From NCBI GenBank assembly GCA_046759445.1, contig JBHICG010000043.1:1-29469 (forward strand): a stretch of DNA of 29,469 nucleotides, read 5' to 3'. Positions 8,657 through 18,274 of the stretch are shown here, one piece after another. This stretch comes from Candidatus Scalinduaceae bacterium. Its GTDB lineage: Bacteria; Planctomycetota; Brocadiia; Brocadiales; Scalinduaceae. Within the stretch, counting starts at the first letter, position 1. Every line of letters begins with the position of its first letter. A program made the translations under genes and the position numbers. A model generated the notes under the pieces. The model was not told the origin of the DNA, searched no databases, and worked only from the letters and a program-made list of their open reading frames with translations.

Positions 8657-9381
8657 TTCTTATTTCCTATATGCGTGCCGATTTTATTACCAATTATAAC
8701 CTTCTCTATGTTGTGTGCTTTTCGAAGATTAAAAACAATTATGGGAAGATTATTTTCCATACTCAATGATATGGCAGTAGAATCCATTATGCCAAGGTTT
8801 TTTTCTAACACATCCATATATTTCAATCTTATATACTTTTTAGCCTTTGGATTGGTAAGTGGATCATCAGAGTATACACCATCTACCTTTGTTCCCTTAA
8901 GAAAAATATCAGCATTAATTTCTATTGCCCTTAGTGCTGCACCTGTATCTGTTGTAAAACAAGGACTTCCAGTCCCCCCCGCAATAATAACCACATCACC
9001 CTTTTCGAGGCGGTTCAAGCATTCTTGCACACTATATGGTTCTACAATATTCTGAATTTGTATTGCACTCAGGACACATGCTGATATCTTTAATTTCTCA
9101 AGCGAATCCTTAAGGATGATTGCATTAATGACTGTTGCAATCATACCTAAGTAATCGGCCTGTGTTCGATCAATACCTGATTTACTTAATCTTGCACCCC
9201 TAATAATATTGCCACCACCAACGACTATGGCGATTTCAACTCCAGCGTTTCTCCCGTTCTTAATTTCTCTTGCTACGGAAGCGAACTTTGCATTATCTAT
9301 GCCAGATGAATTCTCAGAACAAAAACCTTCTCCACTAATTTTTAAAAGAACACGTTTATATTTCTTTTTAACTCTGGACAT
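8653..9381 (-). CDS. pyrH: Uridylate kinase
   Basis: RVLLKISGE, VVGGGNI, FTTDTGAALRA, KVDGVY..DP, MDSTA. Confidence 0.97.
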   Translation of the reverse strand: MSRVKKKYKRVLLKISGEGFCSENSSGIDNAKFASVAREIKNGRNAGVEIAIVVGGGNIIRGARLSKSGIDRTQADYLGMIATVINAIILKDSLEKLKISACVLSAIQIQNIVEPYSVQECLNRLEKGDVVIIAGGTGSPCFTTDTGAALRAIEINADIFLKGTKVDGVYSDDPLTNPKAKKYIRLKYMDVLEKNLGIMDSTAISLSMENNLPIIVFNLRKAHNIEKVIIGNKIGTHIGNKK

Positions 9382-9576
9382 TTATTAAGTTACGAAGGTT
9401 ATCACAAAATCGCAAGGCAATAAATATTGATAGACAAATATGTGGGAAAGGAAATACCTCAACTTCGTTCTTTGACTAATTAAACAACCGAAGGTTTATT
9501 AAAAGAAATACTTAACATAACTATCCTTTTGAAAGAAATGTTTATACAAAGTTATCCATAATATTAAGTAATAGTA

Positions 9577-10164
9577 TTAATCTCCTACCTTGAATCTTAC
9601 AAAACGATTAATCCTAATATTTTCACCCAATTTTGCAATTGCGTTATTTAATAAGTCTTTTATGGACAGATTATTGTCTTTTATGAACGTTTGTTCTAGT
9701 AAACATTTTTCTTTATAAATATTCTCCATTTTTCCGTCAATAATTTTTTCCCTTATGTCCAGGGGTTTCTCCTGATACTCTTCCATATAAGCTTTTCTTT
9801 GATTCTCTATAAATTCTTGAGGAATATCTTCTCTACTTATAGATATAGGATCAATTGCTGCTACTTGCATGCAAATGTCTTTTACTAAGTTATTAAATAC
9901 GTCGTTTTTGGCTACAAAATCTGTCTCACAATTCACTTCAACTAAAACACCTATCTTACCATTCGTGTGAATATACGAACCTATTTTACCTTCCGGAGTG
10001 CCACGTGAATCTTTTTTGGCCGCCTTGGCTAGTCCTTTCTTTCTCAGAAATTCTGCTGCCTGTTCAAAATTTCCATTTGATGTTTCAAGCGCATTTTTGC
10101 AATCTAAAACACCTGCTCCCGTTTGGTCTCTTAATTCCTTAATGCTCGATGCATCTATAGCCAT
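9577..10164 (-). CDS. tsf: Elongation factor Ts (short form, about 195 aa)
   Basis: IKELRDQTGAGVLDCKNAL, EVNCETDFVA. ATG at 10164 with GGAG SD is preferred over the ORF-track start. Confidence 0.96.
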   Translation of the reverse strand: MAIDASSIKELRDQTGAGVLDCKNALETSNGNFEQAAEFLRKKGLAKAAKKDSRGTPEGKIGSYIHTNGKIGVLVEVNCETDFVAKNDVFNNLVKDICMQVAAIDPISISREDIPQEFIENQRKAYMEEYQEKPLDIREKIIDGKMENIYKEKCLLEQTFIKDNNLSIKDLLNNAIAKLGENIRINRFVRFKVGD

Positions 10165-10276
10165 TATAGTAACTCCATATGAATGTTTTCTCAAAATTTA
10201 TAGATAAAAAAAAGGTTTTTTTAAGGAAGGATTTGTAATTTTTAATAGATGTTATTTCGTGGAGAAACTAAACAAT

Positions 10277-11011
10277 TTAAGCGCTTTCTTGCGAAACCTT
10301 GTTGTCTTCTTCTACCTCTTCTACCTTAATTGAAGGTTGTCCCTCTAATATAGCATCAGATATTTTGCCCAAGAAGAGTCTTATGGATTTGATAGCGTCA
10401 TCGTTTCCGGGTATACATATGTCTATCAAATCGGGATCACAATCTGTATCAGCCAAAGCTATTGTTGAAATCCCCATTTTGTTTGCTTCTTTAACGGCTA
10501 TATGTTCTCTTTTAGGATCCACGACAACTAATACAGATGGGAGTTTGTCCATTCTTTTTATACCTTCAAGGTTTTTGTTAATTTTTCTCTTTTCTCGATT
10601 AATAGATGAAATTATTTTCTTACTGTATCTTTGGTTAAAACCATTATTCCCGATTTCTTCTAACTCTTCTAATCGTTTCAATCGCTTACGAATCGTTTCA
10701 TAATTTGTTAATGTCCCACCGAGCCATCTTTCACTAATATAATGCATGTTGCAACGCTTTGCTTCCGAAACAATCGCATCTTTTGCCTGCCACTTTGTAC
10801 CTACAAAAAGGACTCCTTCTTTATTATTGGAAAGTTTCATAAGAAACTTGCAGCTAGTAAGTAATCCTCTGACAGTTTCTTTTAAGTTGATTATGTGGAT
10901 TAGGTTACGTTTCCCAAAAATAAATGGCTTCATCTTAGGATTCCAACGACTAGTTCTATGTCCAAAATGAAACCCTGCATCTATTAATTCTTGAATGTTA
11001 ACAATCGACAA
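10277..11011 (-). CDS. rpsB: 30S ribosomal protein S2
   Basis: [38 protein letters not shown] start with GAGGA SD. Confidence 0.97.
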   Translation of the reverse strand: MSIVNIQELIDAGFHFGHRTSRWNPKMKPFIFGKRNLIHIINLKETVRGLLTSCKFLMKLSNNKEGVLFVGTKWQAKDAIVSEAKRCNMHYISERWLGGTLTNYETIRKRLKRLEELEEIGNNGFNQRYSKKIISSINREKRKINKNLEGIKRMDKLPSVLVVVDPKREHIAVKEANKMGISTIALADTDCDPDLIDICIPGNDDAIKSIRLFLGKISDAILEGQPSIKVEEVEEDNKVSQESA

Positions 11012-11100
11012 TCATTCCTCCTTTATTTACAAAAAAACACATATATCAAAAAAATGACATATAAGTCAAGAATATTTATTACAAAACCTTTATAAATAAC

Positions 11101-12333
11101 TTATGAGCAACCAACTAATGATGTTTCCTCTGATATGTTATCATACATTTCAATTGCTACAGGCAATTTAACATCAAGTGGAAGTGGATCTATATATTTC
11201 CTTCTGTAAGCCTTGCTTTGCATACGACATGTAGGATGACGTTTACTAAAATCTGGATGAGAGACCATTTTTTTCCATATGGCTTGTATTGGCATATCTC
11301 GTACATTCCCAAAGTTTATTGGATTGAAATCGCAAGGATTAACATCCCCATAAGCAGTCATATAAAATTGAGATTGTGCGCCGTAACATCCGACACCTTT
11401 TGGAGAATTAATTAAGGCCATAGCATTTATGCCCATAGGATAATCCATGTCATGGTATCTCTTTGCTAATGTAATAAGCTGTTTCCTGTCTTCAGAACTA
11501 AGAATTTTAGATGCATCCTTTAAAAAACGTCCTGAAGGTATACAATCAAAAATTGTAACTTCTGAAAAACCTTCACTCTGCGCGATTTTCAGTAATTTTT
11601 CAACATAGCCTTTTTCAATTCCTTCAGAAGTCGCATAAGTTGAAATACCCGTCAAGATTCCCGCTTCTCTACACCTGGCTGCACCCTCAAATGCTTTCTC
11701 GTAACATTTAGGTACGGCTCTGAATTCATTGTGTAAAGCTGGTTCGCTACTATCAATAGATATATTTAGTGAGGCTAGCCCAGCCTTTGCAAGTCTTTTA
11801 ACATTGTTGTCTGTCAGTAAAAGGCCGTTGGTGAAGATCATGGCAATAGCTTTTGATTTGTCTACATATTCGATTAGGTCGAAGAGCTCTTCACGTAATA
11901 ATGGCTCACCCCCAACTAAAATTATTAGGCTGGCACCGAGGTCTAAAGAACCATCTATTACAGTTTTGATCTCTTCTACAGTAAGCTCTCTTCTGGTATG
12001 ATCGATAAATGGGTCTGCGCTACAATGTATGCATTGACATTGACACTTGTGGGTTATAGCTAAATTAGCCGTCACAGGAAAGGCCATTTTATTTAGCATC
12101 ATTCTAATTTTTCTGGTTAGGAAGCGCATTCCGGCTTCACTAGGGAATGGAGGATTATAAATATTATAAACGTGACCTCCATTTACCTTTGCTATTACCT
12201 TTAATGTATTAAGTTTGTTAAAAAACTGGTTAACAAAAGGTTGCATCATTTCTCCCAAAGCACCACCAGCTTTTCCCGCTAACTTGCCGTTCTCGATATT
12301 GGCATCTATATGCAGAAAATCAAAAGTGGTCAT
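11101..12333 (-). CDS. Radical SAM protein with C-terminal SPASM/Twitch-like domain, function unknown
   Basis: CQCQCIHC (CxxxCxxC), GGEPLLR, FTNG, SIDS; C-terminal C...GDVNPC...C auxiliary cluster motif. Confidence 0.88.
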   Translation of the reverse strand: MTTFDFLHIDANIENGKLAGKAGGALGEMMQPFVNQFFNKLNTLKVIAKVNGGHVYNIYNPPFPSEAGMRFLTRKIRMMLNKMAFPVTANLAITHKCQCQCIHCSADPFIDHTRRELTVEEIKTVIDGSLDLGASLIILVGGEPLLREELFDLIEYVDKSKAIAMIFTNGLLLTDNNVKRLAKAGLASLNISIDSSEPALHNEFRAVPKCYEKAFEGAARCREAGILTGISTYATSEGIEKGYVEKLLKIAQSEGFSEVTIFDCIPSGRFLKDASKILSSEDRKQLITLAKRYHDMDYPMGINAMALINSPKGVGCYGAQSQFYMTAYGDVNPCDFNPINFGNVRDMPIQAIWKKMVSHPDFSKRHPTCRMQSKAYRRKYIDPLPLDVKLPVAIEMYDNISEETSLVGCS

Positions 12334-13370
12334 ACGTTTCCCTCCGAAACACTTACGTTTGCTAATTCTAGATTTTTTTTGATTTCATTTTTTATAATAG
12401 TGGCCGTTCTTATTGCCTTTATACCTTCTTCGCCTGAAACAACAGGGATTTTACCATTCTTAATACATCCTATGAATGATTCAAGCTCTTTTTTTAATGG
12501 TTCCTGGTTATCCATCTTTATTCTTTCAATTTTTAACAAATCCCCAAATGCAAAGTTTTTGAGATCTTTGATTGTTGAGACTTCTGAATCTTCCATATTA
12601 ATGGATTTAAGGGTTAGTTTAGGAGACTTTTTATAAATAATAGCTTCTTGTTTTTGATAATCAAGCGAAATATATGAATCTTCTGAAAACAAGCGGATCT
12701 TCCTCATCGGCCCAAAAGAGACCCTGCTTGCGGTTATATTTGCCACACAACCATTTTCAAATTGAATGCGGGCATTTGCAATATCCTCTTTGTCGGATAT
12801 TACACTTACACCAACGGCATCTATCTTTTTAACATTAGACTTAGATAGATAAAGTATAATATCTATATCATGAATCATCAAGTCCAAAACAACACCTATA
12901 TCGGCAGATCGGAAGGTAAAAGGGCTTAATCTGTGACACTCTATGAATTTCGGTAATACGTTAAGTTTTTGAATCGCCTGTATAGCAGGATTGAATCTTT
13001 CGATATAACCTGGTTGCAAAACTATATTGTTTTTTTTGCTTAATCTTATTAATTCTTCTGCCTCAGATATTGTTCCTGTCATAGGTTTTTCTACTAATAC
13101 GTGAATACCATTTCTAAGTATCTCCTTCGTAATTTCATAATGAAGCTTAGTAGGCACAACGACACTAACGGCATCCACTTTGTCCAGGATTTCATTATAT
13201 GAGCTATAATATTTAGTGTTATAACGTTGAGCAATCGCCTCTCCTTGTTTTTTATCACTATCTACAATCCCGATAAGATTTACATCTGACATGTCTGAAT
13301 AAATGCGAGTATGTTCTTTACCAATATGACCAACTCCTATGACGGCAATTTTTAATTTTTCTGTATTCAT
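12330..13370 (-). CDS. Gfo/Idh/MocA oxidoreductase, GnnA-like (putative UDP-GlcNAc 3-dehydrogenase)
   Basis: GVGHIG, LVEKP, ERFNP, DLMIHDID, TASRVS; directly downstream of lpxA. The family is secure and the GnnA role is inferred from context. Confidence 0.78.
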   Translation of the reverse strand: MNTEKLKIAVIGVGHIGKEHTRIYSDMSDVNLIGIVDSDKKQGEAIAQRYNTKYYSSYNEILDKVDAVSVVVPTKLHYEITKEILRNGIHVLVEKPMTGTISEAEELIRLSKKNNIVLQPGYIERFNPAIQAIQKLNVLPKFIECHRLSPFTFRSADIGVVLDLMIHDIDIILYLSKSNVKKIDAVGVSVISDKEDIANARIQFENGCVANITASRVSFGPMRKIRLFSEDSYISLDYQKQEAIIYKKSPKLTLKSINMEDSEVSTIKDLKNFAFGDLLKIERIKMDNQEPLKKELESFIGCIKNGKIPVVSGEEGIKAIRTATIIKNEIKKNLELANVSVSEGNV

Positions 13371-13391
13371 TGATTTTTTATAATATGTTGC

Positions 13392-14195
13392 TTATGTAGG
13401 CCTTAAGGACTCTCTATACCTGCCAGATTTTCCTTTATCAACATTTTTAAAGAAATCGATCAGTACTTTTACTTCAGGTAATAAGTTCTCCTGCCTTTCT
13501 AATTCAGATAGTATTTGGCTTCTATTCAAAGTTTCTGAACGGAAGAGCTGTTTGAATGCCTCCTTTATGGAATTAATCTTATCTTGTGAGAAACCTGCTC
13601 TTTCTAACCCAATTGTATTTACCTGTCGTACTTTAGCGGGATTGCCTTCTACTATCATATAGGGAGATACATCTTGGACAATTCTAGTGTGTCCACCGAC
13701 GTATGAATATTGACCAATAGTTACAAATGGTTGCACACCTGCAAGCCCCATCAGCTTCGCATATTTTTCTATCTTTACATGGCCTCCTAAGAGAACATCA
13801 TTAGCTACAAGGGCATTGTCTTCAATAATACAATCATGTGCTATATGAGAGCATGCCATGAAAAAATTATTGTTGCCAATAATTGTTTCTCCTCCTCCAT
13901 TTTCTGTCCCTGTATTGATTGTAACGCATTCACGGATAATATTATTACTTCCAATTATAAGTTTTGTCTGTTCTCCATGATACTTTAAATCTTGAGGTTC
14001 AGAACCTACCACAGAATTAGGAAATATTATGTTATTCTTGGCTATTGTAGTGTTGCCCGTAATCGTAACGTTATTTCTAATAATGTTATAATTATCAATT
14101 TTTACGTTTTTGTCTATTACCGAGAAAGGTCCTATCTCAACATCTTCACCGATCTCCGCCTTTGGGTGAATTATGGCTGTTGAATGTATTTTCAT
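13392..14195 (-). CDS. lpxA: Acyl-ACP--UDP-N-acetylglucosamine O-acyltransferase
   Basis: IHSTAII, PQDLKY, IRECVTINTGT, HIAHDC, LGGHV; hexapeptide repeats. Confidence 0.93.
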   Translation of the reverse strand: MKIHSTAIIHPKAEIGEDVEIGPFSVIDKNVKIDNYNIIRNNVTITGNTTIAKNNIIFPNSVVGSEPQDLKYHGEQTKLIIGSNNIIRECVTINTGTENGGGETIIGNNNFFMACSHIAHDCIIEDNALVANDVLLGGHVKIEKYAKLMGLAGVQPFVTIGQYSYVGGHTRIVQDVSPYMIVEGNPAKVRQVNTIGLERAGFSQDKINSIKEAFKQLFRSETLNRSQILSELERQENLLPEVKVLIDFFKNVDKGKSGRYRESLRPT

Positions 14196-14296
14196 TTGTT
14201 ATGTACTTTCTGGTCAAATTCATTATAAAATTTATTTTTTAAATTTGCTTAAGAGCAAAATACATCTACAGATTTTTTGATAAGCTCGAGCAATTG

Positions 14297-14325
14297 AGTT
14301 TAATTACTGTTGGTGGGATTGTCAA
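14297..14325 (-). promoter_or_regulatory. Sigma70 promoter upstream of lpxA
   Basis: Minus strand TTGACA-N17-TAAACT in the lpxC-lpxA gap. Confidence 0.65.
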
Positions 14326-14371
14326 GCTAAACAAGTTATTCTGTAATATTGTTTAAACCAATATATTTAGC

Positions 14372-15247
14372 TCAATTGTTTGTTAAATTTTCAGAGGTTC
14401 TGATGATTTCCTTGGCCATAAGAGCATTTAGACGGTGCCCCGATCTAGTTGCAATTATACGTGCATGCAAAGCTAGATTCGTTAAAAACAAGTCACCTAC
14501 AATGTCCAGTATTTTATGCCTAATACATTCATCCGGAAATCTTAATTTGGCAGGTGTCATGGATATTGGTTTTGTTATTGTGCCATCTTCGTTTAATATA
14601 AGGCTATTATCATCAGTTACTCCCTTTCCTATTCCGAGCTTTTTAAACTCTTCAATAAAGATATTTAAGCCAAACGTTCTGGCGGGTGCTATTTGAGTGC
14701 TAAAGTTATTTTTAGTCATTTCAATTTCAAAGCATTGCCTATTTAAGTATGAACCGTTAAAATCAAGGATGTAAGAAAGGGATAGTCCTTTGTCATAAGG
14801 TAAGGCAATAATACTTGCGTCACCGTTACTTACTTTTAGTTTGTTCTTTAGAAAGAAAGTCTTTTTGGGCCTTCCCTGCTGAATTATTCCAGCACCTTTT
14901 AACAATTGTGTAAATAAGAGAGAACTTCCGTCTCCTGCAGGAACCTCATTGCCATTAATTTCTATTTCCAAATTATTGATATCAAGTCCAGCTAAAGTAG
15001 CCATCAAATGTTCTACACTTTTTATTACAACACCATCTTTTTTCAGCGATATTTGCCGGTTACAATCAGAGATTGTTTTAACATTTGCTGGTACTCTTGG
15101 ACGTTCTTTAATGTCAGTGCGCACAAAATATATACCTGTATCTACAGAGGAAGGGTTGAAACAAAGTTTAACTTTTTCACCAGTAAACAATCCTATTCCG
15201 GTATATTCTATAGTTCTTGCAATAGTTTTCTGTTGATTTTCCGAGAT
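14372..15247 (-). CDS. lpxC: UDP-3-O-acyl-GlcNAc deacetylase (start probably non-canonical ATC at 15247)
   Basis: QKTIARTIEYTGIGLFTG N-terminus, VEHLMA, DGSS, IAPARTF, HKILDIVGDL, SGH. The conserved N-terminus extends 19 codons beyond the ORF-track TTG start. Confidence 0.9.
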   Translation of the reverse strand: MSENQQKTIARTIEYTGIGLFTGEKVKLCFNPSSVDTGIYFVRTDIKERPRVPANVKTISDCNRQISLKKDGVVIKSVEHLMATLAGLDINNLEIEINGNEVPAGDGSSLLFTQLLKGAGIIQQGRPKKTFFLKNKLKVSNGDASIIALPYDKGLSLSYILDFNGSYLNRQCFEIEMTKNNFSTQIAPARTFGLNIFIEEFKKLGIGKGVTDDNSLILNEDGTITKPISMTPAKLRFPDECIRHKILDIVGDLFLTNLALHARIIATRSGHRLNALMAKEIIRTSENLTNN

Positions 15248-15861
15248 TATTTTTTCCCCTTTTCTTTTTTGTAACTACTATTTAAACTCTCAATTACTTT
15301 TGATGTAATATCAACGGTTTTCGAATGATATAACACCGTTCGAATTCCTATTTTAAATTGTAAGTCAGTTATCTGTCCACCCTGTAAATCCAGTTCTTCT
15401 TTTTTAATAATAAGATCAAATTTTCCTTGTTCCCCGATCCTTTCTACTCCTTTTATCACTTCATCATATATTAACTGAAAGAAACCTTTGTATTTCTTTA
15501 GTAATTGCCTTTCTGCAAATTTCGCATAACCTTCGAGTTCTACATTTTTTCTCTCCAACATGTCTTCGCTCTTACTTCTGCTTTCACTGCCTAAATCTAA
15601 TAATTGTGTTTCTTCATCTAAATCTATTATTTCTTTTCTTTTTTTGTTCATTTCATTTTGAAGATTCTTTTCTACCTCCTTTAGTTCCTCGTCTTTATCT
15701 TTTCTCTTTTCATACTTCTCAAATACTTTGCTTATATCAACTACACCAACCTTAATGTCTCCTGCAACGGAATTTGCAGGAACTATTTTTAAGAAAGAGA
15801 GACTTACTAGAAAAGAGAGAAAAAAGACGATAATATTTTTTCTTAAAAACAAAATTTTCAT
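15247..15861 (-). CDS. skp: OmpH/Skp periplasmic chaperone
   Basis: Signal peptide, KVGVVDISKVF, coiled coil, FDLII...DITSKVI; downstream of bamA. Confidence 0.88.
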   Translation of the reverse strand: MKILFLRKNIIVFFLSFLVSLSFLKIVPANSVAGDIKVGVVDISKVFEKYEKRKDKDEELKEVEKNLQNEMNKKRKEIIDLDEETQLLDLGSESRSKSEDMLERKNVELEGYAKFAERQLLKKYKGFFQLIYDEVIKGVERIGEQGKFDLIIKKEELDLQGGQITDLQFKIGIRTVLYHSKTVDITSKVIESLNSSYKKEKGKK

Positions 15862-15914
15862 AATTGCTAATTCCTTTCCTGATTTTTTAAATAAAATGGC
15901 GTAAAAACTTTTTA

Positions 15915-18272
15915 TTAAAGCCCACTTCCACCAAAATTAAACGTTATTGTTTGTTCGTCATCCTCGCTTTTCTTTATAAATGGAAAACCAAAATCTACAG
16001 ATATTGTAGAATTTCCAAGAAACGGCACACGCACCCTAAAACCAAAACCTAGAGTGGCACGCAGATTATTAAAGTTTAAGTCATTTGTATCAGTATCAGC
16101 TTTTCCTGCATCAATAAAAAATGCGCTTCTTACTGTATCACCATAAACGGGCATTGTGTATTCAACAGTTCCAATGATTAATACCTTACCACCAATTTGT
16201 TCATTTGAAACTGGATCAACCGGACTCACACCTCTAAAGCTAAAACCTCGAATTGAACCGGAGCCGCCAGCAAAAAGGCGTTCAAAGATTGGGACCTCTT
16301 CGCCTGTAGTTGCTTCTACTATACCAAAAGTCCCACCATAAAAAAATACATGTTTACCCCAATTTGTAAAGTCTAAAATTGTTTTATATTTTTTTGCCTT
16401 TGCAATAAATTTAATTATGTCAACATCAAGGCCAGCAACCTCTAAAGACAACTCAGCCTCATAACCTTTTGTAGGAAAAAAGGGATTATCACGTCTATCA
16501 AGGGTTGCTCTTAATTCTAAACTTAATTTAGAACTACTCCCTTCGCTTTCCTTTACTACTTGTGGTGCATTGGCATCTACATTTTGGACTCCAATAACTT
16601 CATAGTTTGGAGTAAGTCTTAGGAATAGTCCTCTGCGTATTTGTTTTCCTATACTTGTCTTGGCCCCCTTTCTTTCCTCATCAAAATCCTCCCTGGCACG
16701 CCTGAAGACAAAACCACTTAATCCTAAGCTGTATCCTGTATCATAAATAGATGGATTTTGAAATGAAAACAAGCCTTCAGTTCTTTCTAACCCGGGGCTG
16801 AATCTTAAAGATACTACATGACCTGCACCACGAAAGGCATTACCTGAGATAAAATCCTTCAAGTCCTTAGGAAAATCAAATATGTCGAAGTTTTTGTCTG
16901 TATAAGAAACATCTGCAAATGGTCCAACATTTGCTCCAAAGCCTCCACCGAATCTCAATAATCCTGTTCTTCCCTCCTTAACGTTAAGCATTACGTTTCT
17001 GGTATTGGGTTTTGTACCTGGTTCAAAGTTTATGTCAGTTGGTGCACCAGACTGGCTATCGAAGTATCCAGTGTTTACCAATCTTTGTTGGCTAATGCGA
17101 ATCTTTTCAGTATCAAGTCTTTCCCCTGGGAAAAAAAGTAATTCTCTTCGTATAACATTATCCTTTGTTTTATCATTACCAGAAATTATGATCTTTTCTA
17201 TAAAAATTCTTTCATTTTCCTGGATGTTGTAAATTAAATCCACCTTAGGTTCAATTTGTTTATAAGTATGGGTTGCTTTTACTTTTGCATTAATATAACC
17301 CTGCCTTCCATAAGCTAAACGTAAGTTTTGAGAATCTTTTTGGAGGGTACTTAGCAGAAAAGCATTTCCTTTTTTCATCTCAAGCACATCTCTTATTTCA
17401 GCATCAGTATAAAGCTTATTCCCGTTTATGGTTATAGTATCAACATAGTAACGCTCGCCCTCTTCTATTTTTACGTTAATATACATTTTTGATTTATCTG
17501 GACTATATTGTACATCTCCTTTTACATCAGCATCTAACCACCCTCCACTTATATAAAACGATTTCAATTTTTCTATGTCTTCATTAAATTTGTTTTTATC
17601 AAATATGCCAGGAAATAAAAATCTTGGAAACTTTCTTCTTTTAGTAGAAATAATTTTATAAAGCCTTTTATTGGTAAAGGTCTTATTTCCTATAAAATTT
17701 ATTTCTTTTATATAAACCTTCGAACCTTCATCAATATTATATATTACATCAACATATCCATTTGTTTTTTTCGTACTGCTTTTGATATCAACAACATGAT
17801 ATCCCTTTTGTTTGTAAATTTGTCGTATTTTATCTTCGCCTTCTTTTTGTAAATAATGTTTAAGATAATCTCCCTTTCTTAATTCTATAGTTTCTTCAAG
17901 TTTCTTTGTTCTTATTTTCCTGTTACCTATAAATATTACGTCTCTTATTACTGAACGTTCGGTTACAAGGAAAATCATTTTAATTCCATCTTCATACGGT
18001 TCTAATTCAATCTCTATATTATCAAAAAACCCTAGTAACCAGATAGCATCCACATCCTGACTTACTACTTGAGAATCGTATACATCTCCTTCTCTAATCT
18101 TTATTGCCGCTTTTATCGTGGCAGTACTTATTCTCTGATTTCCTTTGACTTCTATTTTATTTATGTTTGGTTTGAGTTCTTCAGTTTCCTGTGCATTGAG
18201 AGGTATATTGCTCCTTAACAGAAAAATAATAATAATAAATGTAATAGCTAAAATCACATTTTTGCATGACAT
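15915..18272 (-). CDS. bamA: Outer membrane protein assembly factor BamA
   Basis: Signal peptide, five POTRA-like repeats (GN..I/T motifs, TKDNVIRRE), beta-barrel with IRGF lid motif. Confidence 0.95.
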   Translation of the reverse strand: MSCKNVILAITFIIIIFLLRSNIPLNAQETEELKPNINKIEVKGNQRISTATIKAAIKIREGDVYDSQVVSQDVDAIWLLGFFDNIEIELEPYEDGIKMIFLVTERSVIRDVIFIGNRKIRTKKLEETIELRKGDYLKHYLQKEGEDKIRQIYKQKGYHVVDIKSSTKKTNGYVDVIYNIDEGSKVYIKEINFIGNKTFTNKRLYKIISTKRRKFPRFLFPGIFDKNKFNEDIEKLKSFYISGGWLDADVKGDVQYSPDKSKMYINVKIEEGERYYVDTITINGNKLYTDAEIRDVLEMKKGNAFLLSTLQKDSQNLRLAYGRQGYINAKVKATHTYKQIEPKVDLIYNIQENERIFIEKIIISGNDKTKDNVIRRELLFFPGERLDTEKIRISQQRLVNTGYFDSQSGAPTDINFEPGTKPNTRNVMLNVKEGRTGLLRFGGGFGANVGPFADVSYTDKNFDIFDFPKDLKDFISGNAFRGAGHVVSLRFSPGLERTEGLFSFQNPSIYDTGYSLGLSGFVFRRAREDFDEERKGAKTSIGKQIRRGLFLRLTPNYEVIGVQNVDANAPQVVKESEGSSSKLSLELRATLDRRDNPFFPTKGYEAELSLEVAGLDVDIIKFIAKAKKYKTILDFTNWGKHVFFYGGTFGIVEATTGEEVPIFERLFAGGSGSIRGFSFRGVSPVDPVSNEQIGGKVLIIGTVEYTMPVYGDTVRSAFFIDAGKADTDTNDLNFNNLRATLGFGFRVRVPFLGNSTISVDFGFPFIKKSEDDEQTITFNFGGSGL

Positions 18273-18274
18273 AA

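Noticed and set aside
10165..10194. ORF-track N-terminal extension of tsf (TTG start)
   Set aside because: A GGAG SD precedes ATG 10164 and homology starts at MAIDAS.
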